Position numbers and translations under genes: made by a program. Positions 8,665 to 16,764 of a DNA stretch of 64,000 nt are shown here, piece after piece (the first letter of the stretch is position 1; the number at the start of each line of letters is the position of its first letter). The notes below the pieces were generated by a model that did no database searches, was not told the origin of the DNA, and saw only the letters and a program-made list of their open reading frames with translations. This DNA is from Planctomycetota bacterium (lineage in GTDB: Bacteria > Planctomycetota > UBA1135 > UBA2386): the NCBI GenBank assembly GCA_051278165.1, contig JBNMNW010000001.1:42235-106234 (forward strand), written 5' to 3'.

Positions 8665-9514
8665 ACACCAGCTGGTCCAGCGGATCCTGAACGTTCACTG
8701 CCCGACCGTCTTCGCTGGCGAATGAGATCGCGTAGTTCTCACCCAGTTGGCGATCGATGCGCACGCCATTGACCGCGAACCATGCTGGCCGCGGTTGCCG
8801 TGGACAACATTCCAGGTGCAGTTCCACCGCCACGCTACCGATGCCACTGGCGACTTCGAACCGGACCAGATTGTCACGCGCGTCGGGCGCCGCATTGCTC
8901 TGCACAACGTTCCGCAATTCGGCGTCCGCCGGCAGCGGCACCAGTGCCTGCAGCAAACTGAGCACGTGGGACAGAGAATCTTCGACCATGACGCGCCCCG
9001 GGTGCGCTGGCGACAACCGCATCGTCAGCGAACGCACCGGCTGCTCACGCAGGCCGGGATGCAGGGCTTCGAGCGCCGCCAGGGCATAGGGCCACTGGCA
9101 GTTCTCAGCCAATAACAGCCCTGCCTCGCGAAAGGCCTCGACCCGCTGCAAGCCGAGCGACGCATCGGCGGTCGCCACGAATGGCTTCTCACATAAGCAG
9201 GCAACGCCGGCAGTCAGCGCAGCGTCGAGCCCGGCTAGATGCCCCTCAACCGGACAGGCGACCACCAACGCGTCGACGGTCTTCGCGAGTTCCACGGGGT
9301 TGTCGTAGGCCGCGACGTCGTGGCCCAACTGGGTCGACATCGCCGCAGCCGCGTTGCGGGTGCGCGTGTGGTCACGACCGGCAATTCCGATGATCCGTGC
9401 ACCGGACTTTTCGAACCAACGCGCCAGGAATGGACCGAGGCCTTGCCTCGTCCGACCGGCACCAAGGATGCCTACCGCAGGAACGGTCGTGTCGTCGTTC
9501 GCTTCGAAGTTCAC
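8555..9514 (-). CDS. Gfo/Idh/MocA-family NAD(P)-dependent oxidoreductase
   Basis: N-terminal Rossmann motif VGILGAGRTRQGLG, ~320 aa, typical family length. The GTG start at 9514-9512 lies inside the last copy of a 17-bp tandem repeat. Confidence 0.75.
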   Translation of the reverse strand: MNFEANDDTTVPAVGILGAGRTRQGLGPFLARWFEKSGARIIGIAGRDHTRTRNAAAAMSTQLGHDVAAYDNPVELAKTVDALVVACPVEGHLAGLDAALTAGVACLCEKPFVATADASLGLQRVEAFREAGLLLAENCQWPYALAALEALHPGLREQPVRSLTMRLSPAHPGRVMVEDSLSHVLSLLQALVPLPADAELRNVVQSNAAPDARDNLVRFEVASGIGSVAVELHLECCPRQPRPAWFAVNGVRIDRQLGENYAISFASEDGRAVNVQDPLDQLVYGFLANLHNANSSERTNALDTIALRIRLYASLLAQL

Positions 9515-9560
9515 TGCCTGCCTAATTTCACTGCCTGCCTCACTTCACTGCCTGCCTCAC
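9510..9560 (-). repeat. 3 x 17-bp tandem repeat (minus strand GTGAGGCAGGCAGTGAA) containing the oxidoreductase start codon
   Basis: Plus-strand copies lie at 9510-9526, 9527-9543 and 9544-9560 (TTCACTGCCTGCCTMAY). Each unit carries a GAGG/AGG element and a GTG. Confidence 0.9.
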
Positions 9561-9980
9561 TCGCGCTCACAAACTCTCAAAACTTTCTAAAGAACCGCGT
9601 GACGCTCGCGCCGTTCTCAGCCTTAGGCACTGCGTTGTAGCGATGCGTGAAGAGCTTTTCGCGCGGTTTGCAGCGACTGGCTGAATGCTTGCACATTCAG
9701 AGCATGACGTCAGAGCATGACGCCACGGCATCCCAAAGGTCGCATTTCTGCAATCGCCGCAACCCAAACACCTCCAAACAACAAATACAGCCTCGGCTGG
9801 AACTTTCTGCGACCGAGTTCGTCACCGCGCCGCCGCGACGAACTAACCAGCACAGATCGCCTACCTACCCAGCCACCCCACCACTAGTGACTACTCGCGT
9901 AGCCACCACAACCAACATATTCACCGCCAACCTGCCCTGCGGGTCATGGCGGAAGCTTCGGGAAGGAAGGGATCTTAATG

Positions 9981-10016
9981 GCCGTCCGGCACTGCACCGG
10001 GCGGCTGTTTTTTATT
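9981..10016 (+). terminator. Rho-independent terminator with no upstream CDS
   Basis: GCCGTCCGG (9981-9989), loop CACTGCA, CCGGGCGGC (9997-10005; 8 Watson-Crick pairs plus one G-U), then TGTTTTTTATT (10006-10016). This is the only stem plus T-tract of this quality that I found in the window. Confidence 0.7.
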
Positions 10017-10156
10017 GCCTAGTGCACGCCAAACACACTGCGATTCGTCGGACACAACTCGCCGGACCAACGACGGTTGGCGATGGCAATACGACAGTCT
10101 GACGTTCTTCCGTCGCCCCTCTAGCTTCGCGAACTACGCACCGCCAAGCTTGCAGC

Positions 10157-12127
10157 ATGGCTTACCGCACCCTCGCCGTGCTCCTGACGTTGGCAACGTC
10201 CGCGTTCTCTCCGGTAACGGCACAGCAATCAGACGGCCCGCGACTGCTGACCAGTCGCGACGCAGGCAAGCAACTGCTGAAGCTGCCGAAGGAAGACGAT
10301 TCGTTCGGCTTCATCGTGTTTGGCGACCGCACCGGCGGGCCAGCCGAAGGCATCAAGGTGCTCGATCAGGCCGTAGTGGATACCAACCTGCTCGACCCGG
10401 ACCTGGTCATGACCGTTGGCGACCTCATCAACGGCTACAACCAGACCGAGCAATGGCTCGAACAGGCTGATGAGTTCAAAACCTCAATGAGCAAACTGCG
10501 GATGCCGTGGTTCCCCGTAGCGGGCAATCACGACATCTATTGGCGCGGCAAGAACAAGCCAGCCGGCGAACACGAGAGCAACTATGAGACGGTGTTTGGC
10601 CCGCTCTGGTATGCCGTGCAGCACAAGAAGTGCTGGTTCATCGTGCTGTATTCCGACGAGGGCAACCCCGAAACCGGCGAGAAGAACTTCAACGACCCCG
10701 AGTGCCAACGCATCAGCCAAGAACAACTGGATTGGCTGTCGGCGACCCTCAAGCAAGCTCACGATGCGCCACACGTATTCGTGTTCCTGCATCATCCGCG
10801 CTGGCTGAAGCAATACGGCGACGATTGGCCAAAGGTGCACAAGATGCTCGTAGCCAACGGCAACGTGCGTGCGGTGTTTGCCGGCCATATTCATCACATG
10901 CGCTACGGCGGCGCGCCCGACGGCATTGAGTATTACACCGTCGCCTCGGTTGGCGCGCACCTGGGACTTGATGCGCCGCAAGCCGGCTTCCTGCATCAAT
11001 ACCACGTCGTCACAGTGCGCCCCGAAGGCATCAAAGTTGCCGCCGTTCCGGTTGGCACGGTGATCGACCCCAAGACCATTCCCGACGCGCTCGTCGACGA
11101 CGTATTAGCGATTCATCGCGGCATGCGCATCAAGACCAGTGAGGTCGTTCCCGCGGGCAATGGTGCCGCCGTCGCTGTCGATGGCACCGTCGATGCCGTG
11201 GTCACGTTGCGCTGCCACAATCCGGGTTCGCGCGCCATCGAACTCGAACTGGTGCCGCAAGAAGGCCAGCCTTGGACGTTCGGGCCGGACCATCAGCACG
11301 TCATCGTCGCGCCCGAAAGCGATGGTTACACCACGTTCTCGATGCATCGCACGGCAACCCAAGAACCATTCACGCTGCCGACCATCGAGGTTCTCTGCGA
11401 CTACCTAGCCGTCGACCGACGCGTCGCCATCCCAGCCCGGAAGGTGACCATCGATCTACCGCCCCCCGCCCAATTGGGCAGCGCAGACCAAGCAAACAAC
11501 GGCGTGCTCGTGCTCGACGGCAAGGGCTGCCTGAAGATCACCGACCAACAAATCAAACTGCCCGACGGCCCGATCACGCTCGAGTGCTGGCTTCGCGGCG
11601 ACGACTTCAGCGGCCGCCGCGGCCTGGTCACCAAGACGGAGATGAGCGACTACGGCCTGTTCTGCAGCGACGGCGAGATCGACTTCTCGGTCTTGCTTGG
11701 CGACCGGTATGCATCGGCATCCTCCACCGGCGCAGTGCTGCAGCCCGGCACTTGGCACCACGTCGCAGGCGTCTTCGACGGCCAACAGGTGCGCATCTAC
11801 GTCGACGGCAAGCTCGTCGCCATGCAGGCCGGTAGTGGCCACCGCCGCACCAACGAATTGCCGTTGTTCATCGGCGCCGACACCAACAAGAACGGTCGAC
11901 CAACGTCATACTTCGCCGGCTCAATCGACGACGTGCGCCTGTCCAAAGTCGCGCGCTACGTCGGCGATTCGTTCGATCCGCCCGCCAAGCACGCGCCGGA
12001 TGACGACACCGTATTGCTGATTCCATGCGACCGTGACTTCGGCCCGTGGACGATCGACCGATCCAAGCAACACTCCCATCCGCGCCGAGTCGGCAGTGCC
12101 TACTGCACGGTGTCGGATCGCAAGTAG
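10157..12127 (+). CDS. secreted metallophosphoesterase fused to a LamG/concanavalin-A-like lectin domain
   Basis: Signal peptide MAYRTLAVLLTLATSAFSPVTAQ. Calcineurin-like motifs FIVFGDRTGG, GDLINGY, VAGNHD, FLHHP and FAGHIHH. The C-terminal LECWLRGDD...WHHVAGVFDGQQVRIYVDGKL...FAGSIDDVRLS is typical of the Laminin_G_3 type. Confidence 0.85.
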   Translation: MAYRTLAVLLTLATSAFSPVTAQQSDGPRLLTSRDAGKQLLKLPKEDDSFGFIVFGDRTGGPAEGIKVLDQAVVDTNLLDPDLVMTVGDLINGYNQTEQWLEQADEFKTSMSKLRMPWFPVAGNHDIYWRGKNKPAGEHESNYETVFGPLWYAVQHKKCWFIVLYSDEGNPETGEKNFNDPECQRISQEQLDWLSATLKQAHDAPHVFVFLHHPRWLKQYGDDWPKVHKMLVANGNVRAVFAGHIHHMRYGGAPDGIEYYTVASVGAHLGLDAPQAGFLHQYHVVTVRPEGIKVAAVPVGTVIDPKTIPDALVDDVLAIHRGMRIKTSEVVPAGNGAAVAVDGTVDAVVTLRCHNPGSRAIELELVPQEGQPWTFGPDHQHVIVAPESDGYTTFSMHRTATQEPFTLPTIEVLCDYLAVDRRVAIPARKVTIDLPPPAQLGSADQANNGVLVLDGKGCLKITDQQIKLPDGPITLECWLRGDDFSGRRGLVTKTEMSDYGLFCSDGEIDFSVLLGDRYASASSTGAVLQPGTWHHVAGVFDGQQVRIYVDGKLVAMQAGSGHRRTNELPLFIGADTNKNGRPTSYFAGSIDDVRLSKVARYVGDSFDPPAKHAPDDDTVLLIPCDRDFGPWTIDRSKQHSHPRRVGSAYCTVSDRK

Positions 12128-12182
12128 CAGCGGCACGTTCCTGCCTGCCCAACCTGGACTCGAACTTGCAGGGGCAAACACG

Positions 12183-14099
12183 ATGAACCCCTCTAGTCTG
12201 GCGCAAACCCAGTGCTTGCGTCACAAACGCTCGGTCGCGGCCCTGCTAGTGGCTTCCGTGTGTCTCCTTACGACTACACTGCTGACGCGCGCACTGCCTG
12301 CCCACGGCGGCCAATACCGTGGGCCAACCAACGGCGGCGTGCCTGGCAACCCGCAATTCCCCGGCGGATCTGGCAACCCAGGCCTAGTGCCCGGCGGGCC
12401 ATTGACCGGCGGCAGCGCCAGCCTGGATGTCGCGAGCTGGCGCGTTTGGTGGGGACTCAACAGTGACCGCTACGTGCGCCCAAAGAGCGCCAGCAAGGTC
12501 ACCGACATCCAGCGCAGCCAGCACGTCTTGCCAAGCCTGAAGGCGGCACTCGACGCGACCGACAACCCGGACATCAACTCAGCCTGCCTGATCGCGTTGG
12601 GCAAGGCGGCCATCCAGCATCCTGAGTTTGACGTTCTCGAGGTGTTGCGCACACGACTGAAGCGCGCCAACCTTGAAGTGCGTGAAGCCGCCGTTTTGGC
12701 GATGGGACTGACCGGCCGATCCGACGTGTTCGACGATCTCGACGGAATCATGCGCAACACCAAGGCGGGCCGAAAGCTCGTCGGTCGCGACAGCGTTGAA
12801 GATCGCGCCCGCACGTTCGCCGCGTATTCGCTCGGCATGCTCGCCAACCGTTCGACGTCGACCGTGCTAAAGACGCAGGTTCTCGGCAGCTTCGTCGCGA
12901 TGCTCGAAGACAATTCGATCAAGGATCGCGACCTGCTGACCGGCGTGCTCAACGGCATGCGCTTGCTAGGCCCCAACAAGGACAAGCGGTTGCTGTGGCA
13001 AGCTACGGGCGCCATTGAAGCGCACCAGCAGCGCCGAATGCGCGATAAGGCCAGCGCTGTGCAGTCGCATGGCCTGACCGCACTCGCCGCACTGCTTGGC
13101 CGCGGCAACAGCAGCGCCCACGAACGCGCCAAGGAACTGATGGCCGACGTGCTCAAGAGCCGCAGCCAGGAAACGACCACCTACATCTCCGCCATCATCG
13201 CACTCGGCGAAATCGTAAGCCCAGGCGACAAGGTGCCGATGGACGCACTACTGCGCGCCGTGTCGCGGCCGAGTGATTCGCTGATGCCAAAGTTTGGCAT
13301 GATCGCGTTCGGCAAGATCGGCGGCAAAGTATGCCGCGAGCAACTCGAACGCGCGTTCAAACGCGGCAAGCGCGACGTGCGGCCGTGGGCAGCCATCGGC
13401 CTCGGCCTGCTGGCTTTCCATGAGGATGACGTGATTGCGAGTCCTACGGCGGGAACCGCAGCACGCACCGCCAAGGGAGCGCTCGCCGCCTCGATTGGCA
13501 AGTTCCTGCACAAGGAGTTCAACGATGAGAAGAAGGAGATGCAGGCCGCCATCGCGATCGCACTCGGCCTGGCCAGCTACAAGGTGGCAGCTCCCGATCT
13601 TCGCAAGCTCGCGACCAAATACATGAGCAACGAACCGCTAGCCGGTCCGTTGTGCCTCGGCCTCGCGATGATGAAGGACACTCCTTCCATCCCTCTACTT
13701 CTCGACGGCATGCAACGCATCGACCGCCCGGTACTGTTTGGCGAGGCAGCTTTGGCGCTGTCGCGCCTCGACCGCCCCGACGCCTCGGCAAAGGCGGTGG
13801 CAACCCTGCAGGCAATGACGCGCATCCACCCGATGTTCCTGCGGCAACTCGCCGCCGCGGCGCAAGCGATCGGCCACCTGCGAAACCCCAAGGACATTGA
13901 CAGCCTCGCCGCGATCGTCGGCGATACGAAACGTAGCAAGCGCGACATCTGGCAGGTGGCGTTCGCCGCCGCCGCACTCGGTTCGGTCGCGGATCATGAC
14001 CCGGTTGGCTTCGGCACCCGCATCGCGCACGGCATGAACTACACCGCTCGCGAGCAGACGATCAGCAACGGGCGTAACGGGATCCTCGACATCTTCTAG
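12183..14099 (+). CDS. secreted HEAT/armadillo-repeat protein
   Basis: The tracked ORF starts at 12033 inside the previous gene. The likely start is ATG 12183 (MNPSSLAQ..., hydrophobic signal/anchor). It has a Gly/Pro-rich GGQYRGPTNGGVPGNPQFPGG segment, then repeated alpha-helical ~35-aa units (e.g. VREAAVLAMGLTGRSD, KFGMIAFGKIGG, WAAIGLGLLA). Confidence 0.7.
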   Translation: MNPSSLAQTQCLRHKRSVAALLVASVCLLTTTLLTRALPAHGGQYRGPTNGGVPGNPQFPGGSGNPGLVPGGPLTGGSASLDVASWRVWWGLNSDRYVRPKSASKVTDIQRSQHVLPSLKAALDATDNPDINSACLIALGKAAIQHPEFDVLEVLRTRLKRANLEVREAAVLAMGLTGRSDVFDDLDGIMRNTKAGRKLVGRDSVEDRARTFAAYSLGMLANRSTSTVLKTQVLGSFVAMLEDNSIKDRDLLTGVLNGMRLLGPNKDKRLLWQATGAIEAHQQRRMRDKASAVQSHGLTALAALLGRGNSSAHERAKELMADVLKSRSQETTTYISAIIALGEIVSPGDKVPMDALLRAVSRPSDSLMPKFGMIAFGKIGGKVCREQLERAFKRGKRDVRPWAAIGLGLLAFHEDDVIASPTAGTAARTAKGALAASIGKFLHKEFNDEKKEMQAAIAIALGLASYKVAAPDLRKLATKYMSNEPLAGPLCLGLAMMKDTPSIPLLLDGMQRIDRPVLFGEAALALSRLDRPDASAKAVATLQAMTRIHPMFLRQLAAAAQAIGHLRNPKDIDSLAAIVGDTKRSKRDIWQVAFAAAALGSVADHDPVGFGTRIAHGMNYTAREQTISNGRNGILDIF

Positions 14100-14211
14100 T
14101 CGCCGCTTAGGTCACGCTCGCGCATAGCAGAAGATTTGAGCGGCAAAGTAAGACGCGCCGCTCGTCGGTACCGCGTTGACTCGCGCCCCCAACTAACGTC
14201 GAGTCCAACCC

Positions 14212-15483
14212 GTGCTGTTCCGCTTCAGCCTCTACGGGTTCCTCAAGAACCAACGGTATTTTGAACCGTTCCTGATCCTCGCGTTCCTCGAGAAGGGCAT
14301 GTCGTTCTTCGCGATCGGCGCGCTGATCGCGTTCCGAGAGATCGCGACGAACGTGCTCGAGATCCCATCCGGATCGATCGCGGATCTGCTTGGCCGACGC
14401 CGTTCGATGCTGCTGTCGTTTGGCGCCTACTTGTGCAGCTTCGTCGTGTTCTGGCTGGCGGACGAGCAGTGGCTGTTGTGGCCAGCGATGTTCTTGTTCG
14501 CGATCGGCGAAGCGTTTCGCACCGGCACGCACAAATCGATGATCTTCGAATGGCTGCGGCGCGAAGGGCGTAGCGCCGAGAAGACCAAGGTCTACGGACA
14601 CACGCGCTCATGGAGCAAGTTCGGATCGGCGGCGTCCGTAGTGATCGGCGCCGGCTTGGTGTTCTCGCTCGACAGCTACGCGGCGGTGTTCTTGCTATCC
14701 GCCGTGCCGACGGCCTGCAACATGATCAACCTCGGTAGCTACCCGACGTATCTCGATGGCGAAGCCGTTCAGGCCATCGGTTGGCGCGACGTTTGGCAAC
14801 ACAGTCGTAAGGCAATCGCCAAGGCGGTGCAGCAACCGCAACTGCGCAGATTGATGACCGAGTCGATGAGCTTCGAAGGTGTCTTCCATGCCAGCAAAAA
14901 CTATCTGCAGCCACTGCTAGCGGCGGCCGCAACGGCGTGGTTCACGGTGCAGCTGGACGCCGAGTCAGGGGCGGGCCATGACTGGTCGGAGCTACAGCGA
15001 ACGACCTTGCTGATCGCGCCGGTCTACCTGTGCCTGCACCTGATGTCGGCGTCTGCCAGCCGGCGCGCGCACCGCTTGGTCGCGGCAGTTGGTGGCGACG
15101 AAGCGCGAGCGGCGCGACTCTTGTGGAGCCTGACTGCGGCGTTGTTCGTTGGCCTTTTGGTCGGCGAACTGACGCAGGTCATCACCATCTCGATCACCGC
15201 GTTTGTCTTGCTACATGTCGCGCAGAACCTGTGGCGACCGATCCTGATTAGCCGCATCGACTCAGCAACCGGCCATGCCAACTCAGCGGTGACGCTGTCC
15301 GTTGAGAGCCAAGCGCGTCGCATGGCAACCATCGTATTGGCGCCGCTGTTTGGCTTCGCAATCGATGCGACGAGCCGTGGCGACGCGAGCCAAGCTGGCA
15401 TCTATTGGCCGATTGCCGTCGTCGGTGCAATGATGGCGATTGTGATGCGATTGACCGGTCGCAAGGTCGCAACGACTGCGTGA
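14212..15483 (+). CDS. MFS transporter
   Basis: 423 aa with ~12 hydrophobic segments. The loop motif IPSGSIADLLGRRRSM between TM2 and TM3 is typical of MFS. Confidence 0.8.
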   Translation: MLFRFSLYGFLKNQRYFEPFLILAFLEKGMSFFAIGALIAFREIATNVLEIPSGSIADLLGRRRSMLLSFGAYLCSFVVFWLADEQWLLWPAMFLFAIGEAFRTGTHKSMIFEWLRREGRSAEKTKVYGHTRSWSKFGSAASVVIGAGLVFSLDSYAAVFLLSAVPTACNMINLGSYPTYLDGEAVQAIGWRDVWQHSRKAIAKAVQQPQLRRLMTESMSFEGVFHASKNYLQPLLAAAATAWFTVQLDAESGAGHDWSELQRTTLLIAPVYLCLHLMSASASRRAHRLVAAVGGDEARAARLLWSLTAALFVGLLVGELTQVITISITAFVLLHVAQNLWRPILISRIDSATGHANSAVTLSVESQARRMATIVLAPLFGFAIDATSRGDASQAGIYWPIAVVGAMMAIVMRLTGRKVATTA

Positions 15484-15558
15484 TTCTGAGCCCGATCGAA
15501 CCACAGGTTCTTACAGGAATGGTGGGAGATAGTGACGGGAGTGCAGTAACAAGGGCGC

Positions 15559-16578
15559 ATGGCATCGAGTACCGCGACCGAAAGCTCCCCAACGAAGACT
15601 GACACCTCGAAGCGAGTGACCAAAAAGGCCACGGCCAAACGACCAACGGCGAAGAAGGTGCCTGCAGCAAAGAAGGCGCCCGCCAAGAAGACCCCGACAG
15701 CTACGAAAGGCCCGATCGCCAAGCAAGGTCAGGTCGCCAAGAAGGGCGCCATCACGAACAAGCCCCCCGTCAGGAAGAAGCTGACGGCACGCACCGCCAA
15801 CAAGCACATCCTCTACCAACTGTCGGTGCAGGCTCCTGCGACCGACTCGAGGACCTACGCTCGCTGGTTCAAGAAGTACACCGGTCGCGACCTGCGCGCG
15901 TGGCGCGAAGACTTCTGCGGCACGTCGGTGCTGTCCTGCCACCACGTGTTGAATCACAAGGACAACACCGCGGTCGGCGTCGACTTCCACCGCCCGACGC
16001 TCGACTGGGGCATCAAGCACAACGTCAATGAACTGCTCAACGACGAGCAGAAGCAGCGCCTGACGCTGATCGAAAGCGATGTGCTCGAAGTCACCGCCCC
16101 GAAGGTCGACTGCGTGCTGGCGCTAAACTTCAGCTACCAGGTGTTCACGACTCGCGAGACGCTCGGCAAGTACTTCAAGCAGGTCTACAAGTCGCTGAAG
16201 CCGGGCGGCGTATTCTACCTCGATGCGCTCGGCGGCCCGGATGTGCTTCAGCAGAAGACCGACCGCACCAAGCACAAGGGCTTCACCTACCACTGGGAGC
16301 AACGCAGCTTCGATCCGATCAGCCATCGCTTCGTCTGCGCCATCCACTTCTCGTTCCCAGACGGCACGATGAAGAAGAACGCATTCGTCTACGACTGGCG
16401 CATGTGGACGCTGCCCGAGTTGCGCGAACTGTTCGTCGATGCGGGCTTTGACGACGTGCATATCCTGTGGGAAGGCACGGATAAGGCGACCATGAGCGGC
16501 AATGGCATCTTCCGGCGCAAGGAAGTCGGCGACATGGACGAGGCCTGGATCAGCATGGTCGTGGGCCGGAAGAAGTAG
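15559..16578 (+). CDS. class I SAM-dependent methyltransferase with Lys/Ala/Pro-rich histone-H1-like N-terminal tail
   Basis: The first ~80 aa read SKRVTKKATAKRPTAKKVPAAKKAPAKKTPTATKGPIAKQGQVAKKGAITNKPPVRKK. These are followed by MTase motifs EDFCGTS (motif I variant), AVGVD, VDCVLALNFS and LKPGGVFYLD. Confidence 0.8.
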   Translation: MASSTATESSPTKTDTSKRVTKKATAKRPTAKKVPAAKKAPAKKTPTATKGPIAKQGQVAKKGAITNKPPVRKKLTARTANKHILYQLSVQAPATDSRTYARWFKKYTGRDLRAWREDFCGTSVLSCHHVLNHKDNTAVGVDFHRPTLDWGIKHNVNELLNDEQKQRLTLIESDVLEVTAPKVDCVLALNFSYQVFTTRETLGKYFKQVYKSLKPGGVFYLDALGGPDVLQQKTDRTKHKGFTYHWEQRSFDPISHRFVCAIHFSFPDGTMKKNAFVYDWRMWTLPELRELFVDAGFDDVHILWEGTDKATMSGNGIFRRKEVGDMDEAWISMVVGRKK

Positions 16579-16764
16579 TCGCAGCAGAGTTCTTATGCCG
16601 GGCAAACCCCGGCGCCACCGCTGGTTGGCGTCAGATTGCCGCGAGGATGTGGCTCAGGGGTGTTGCACATATGGGGCGTTCTCCGAACAATGCTTGCCCC
16701 AAATTGTGGCTCGGCAATCGCTCATTTGCCGATGGGTATCCAGCCACCTAGCACCCAGCCCACT

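Noticed and set aside
7171-8772. 533-aa plus-strand ORF, the longest unexplained ORF in the track
   Set aside because: It lies exactly antisense to the radical SAM gene, which has clear motifs. Its translation is Arg/Ala/Leu/Val/His-rich with no motif, as expected for the mirror frame of a high-GC gene.
9940-9975. GGAAGGAAG string reminiscent of the SRP (4.5S) RNA conserved core
   Set aside because: The flanking sequence does not reproduce the SRP domain IV symmetric and asymmetric loops (no GGUCAGGUCC-like partner). It is kept only as part of the candidate sRNA finding.
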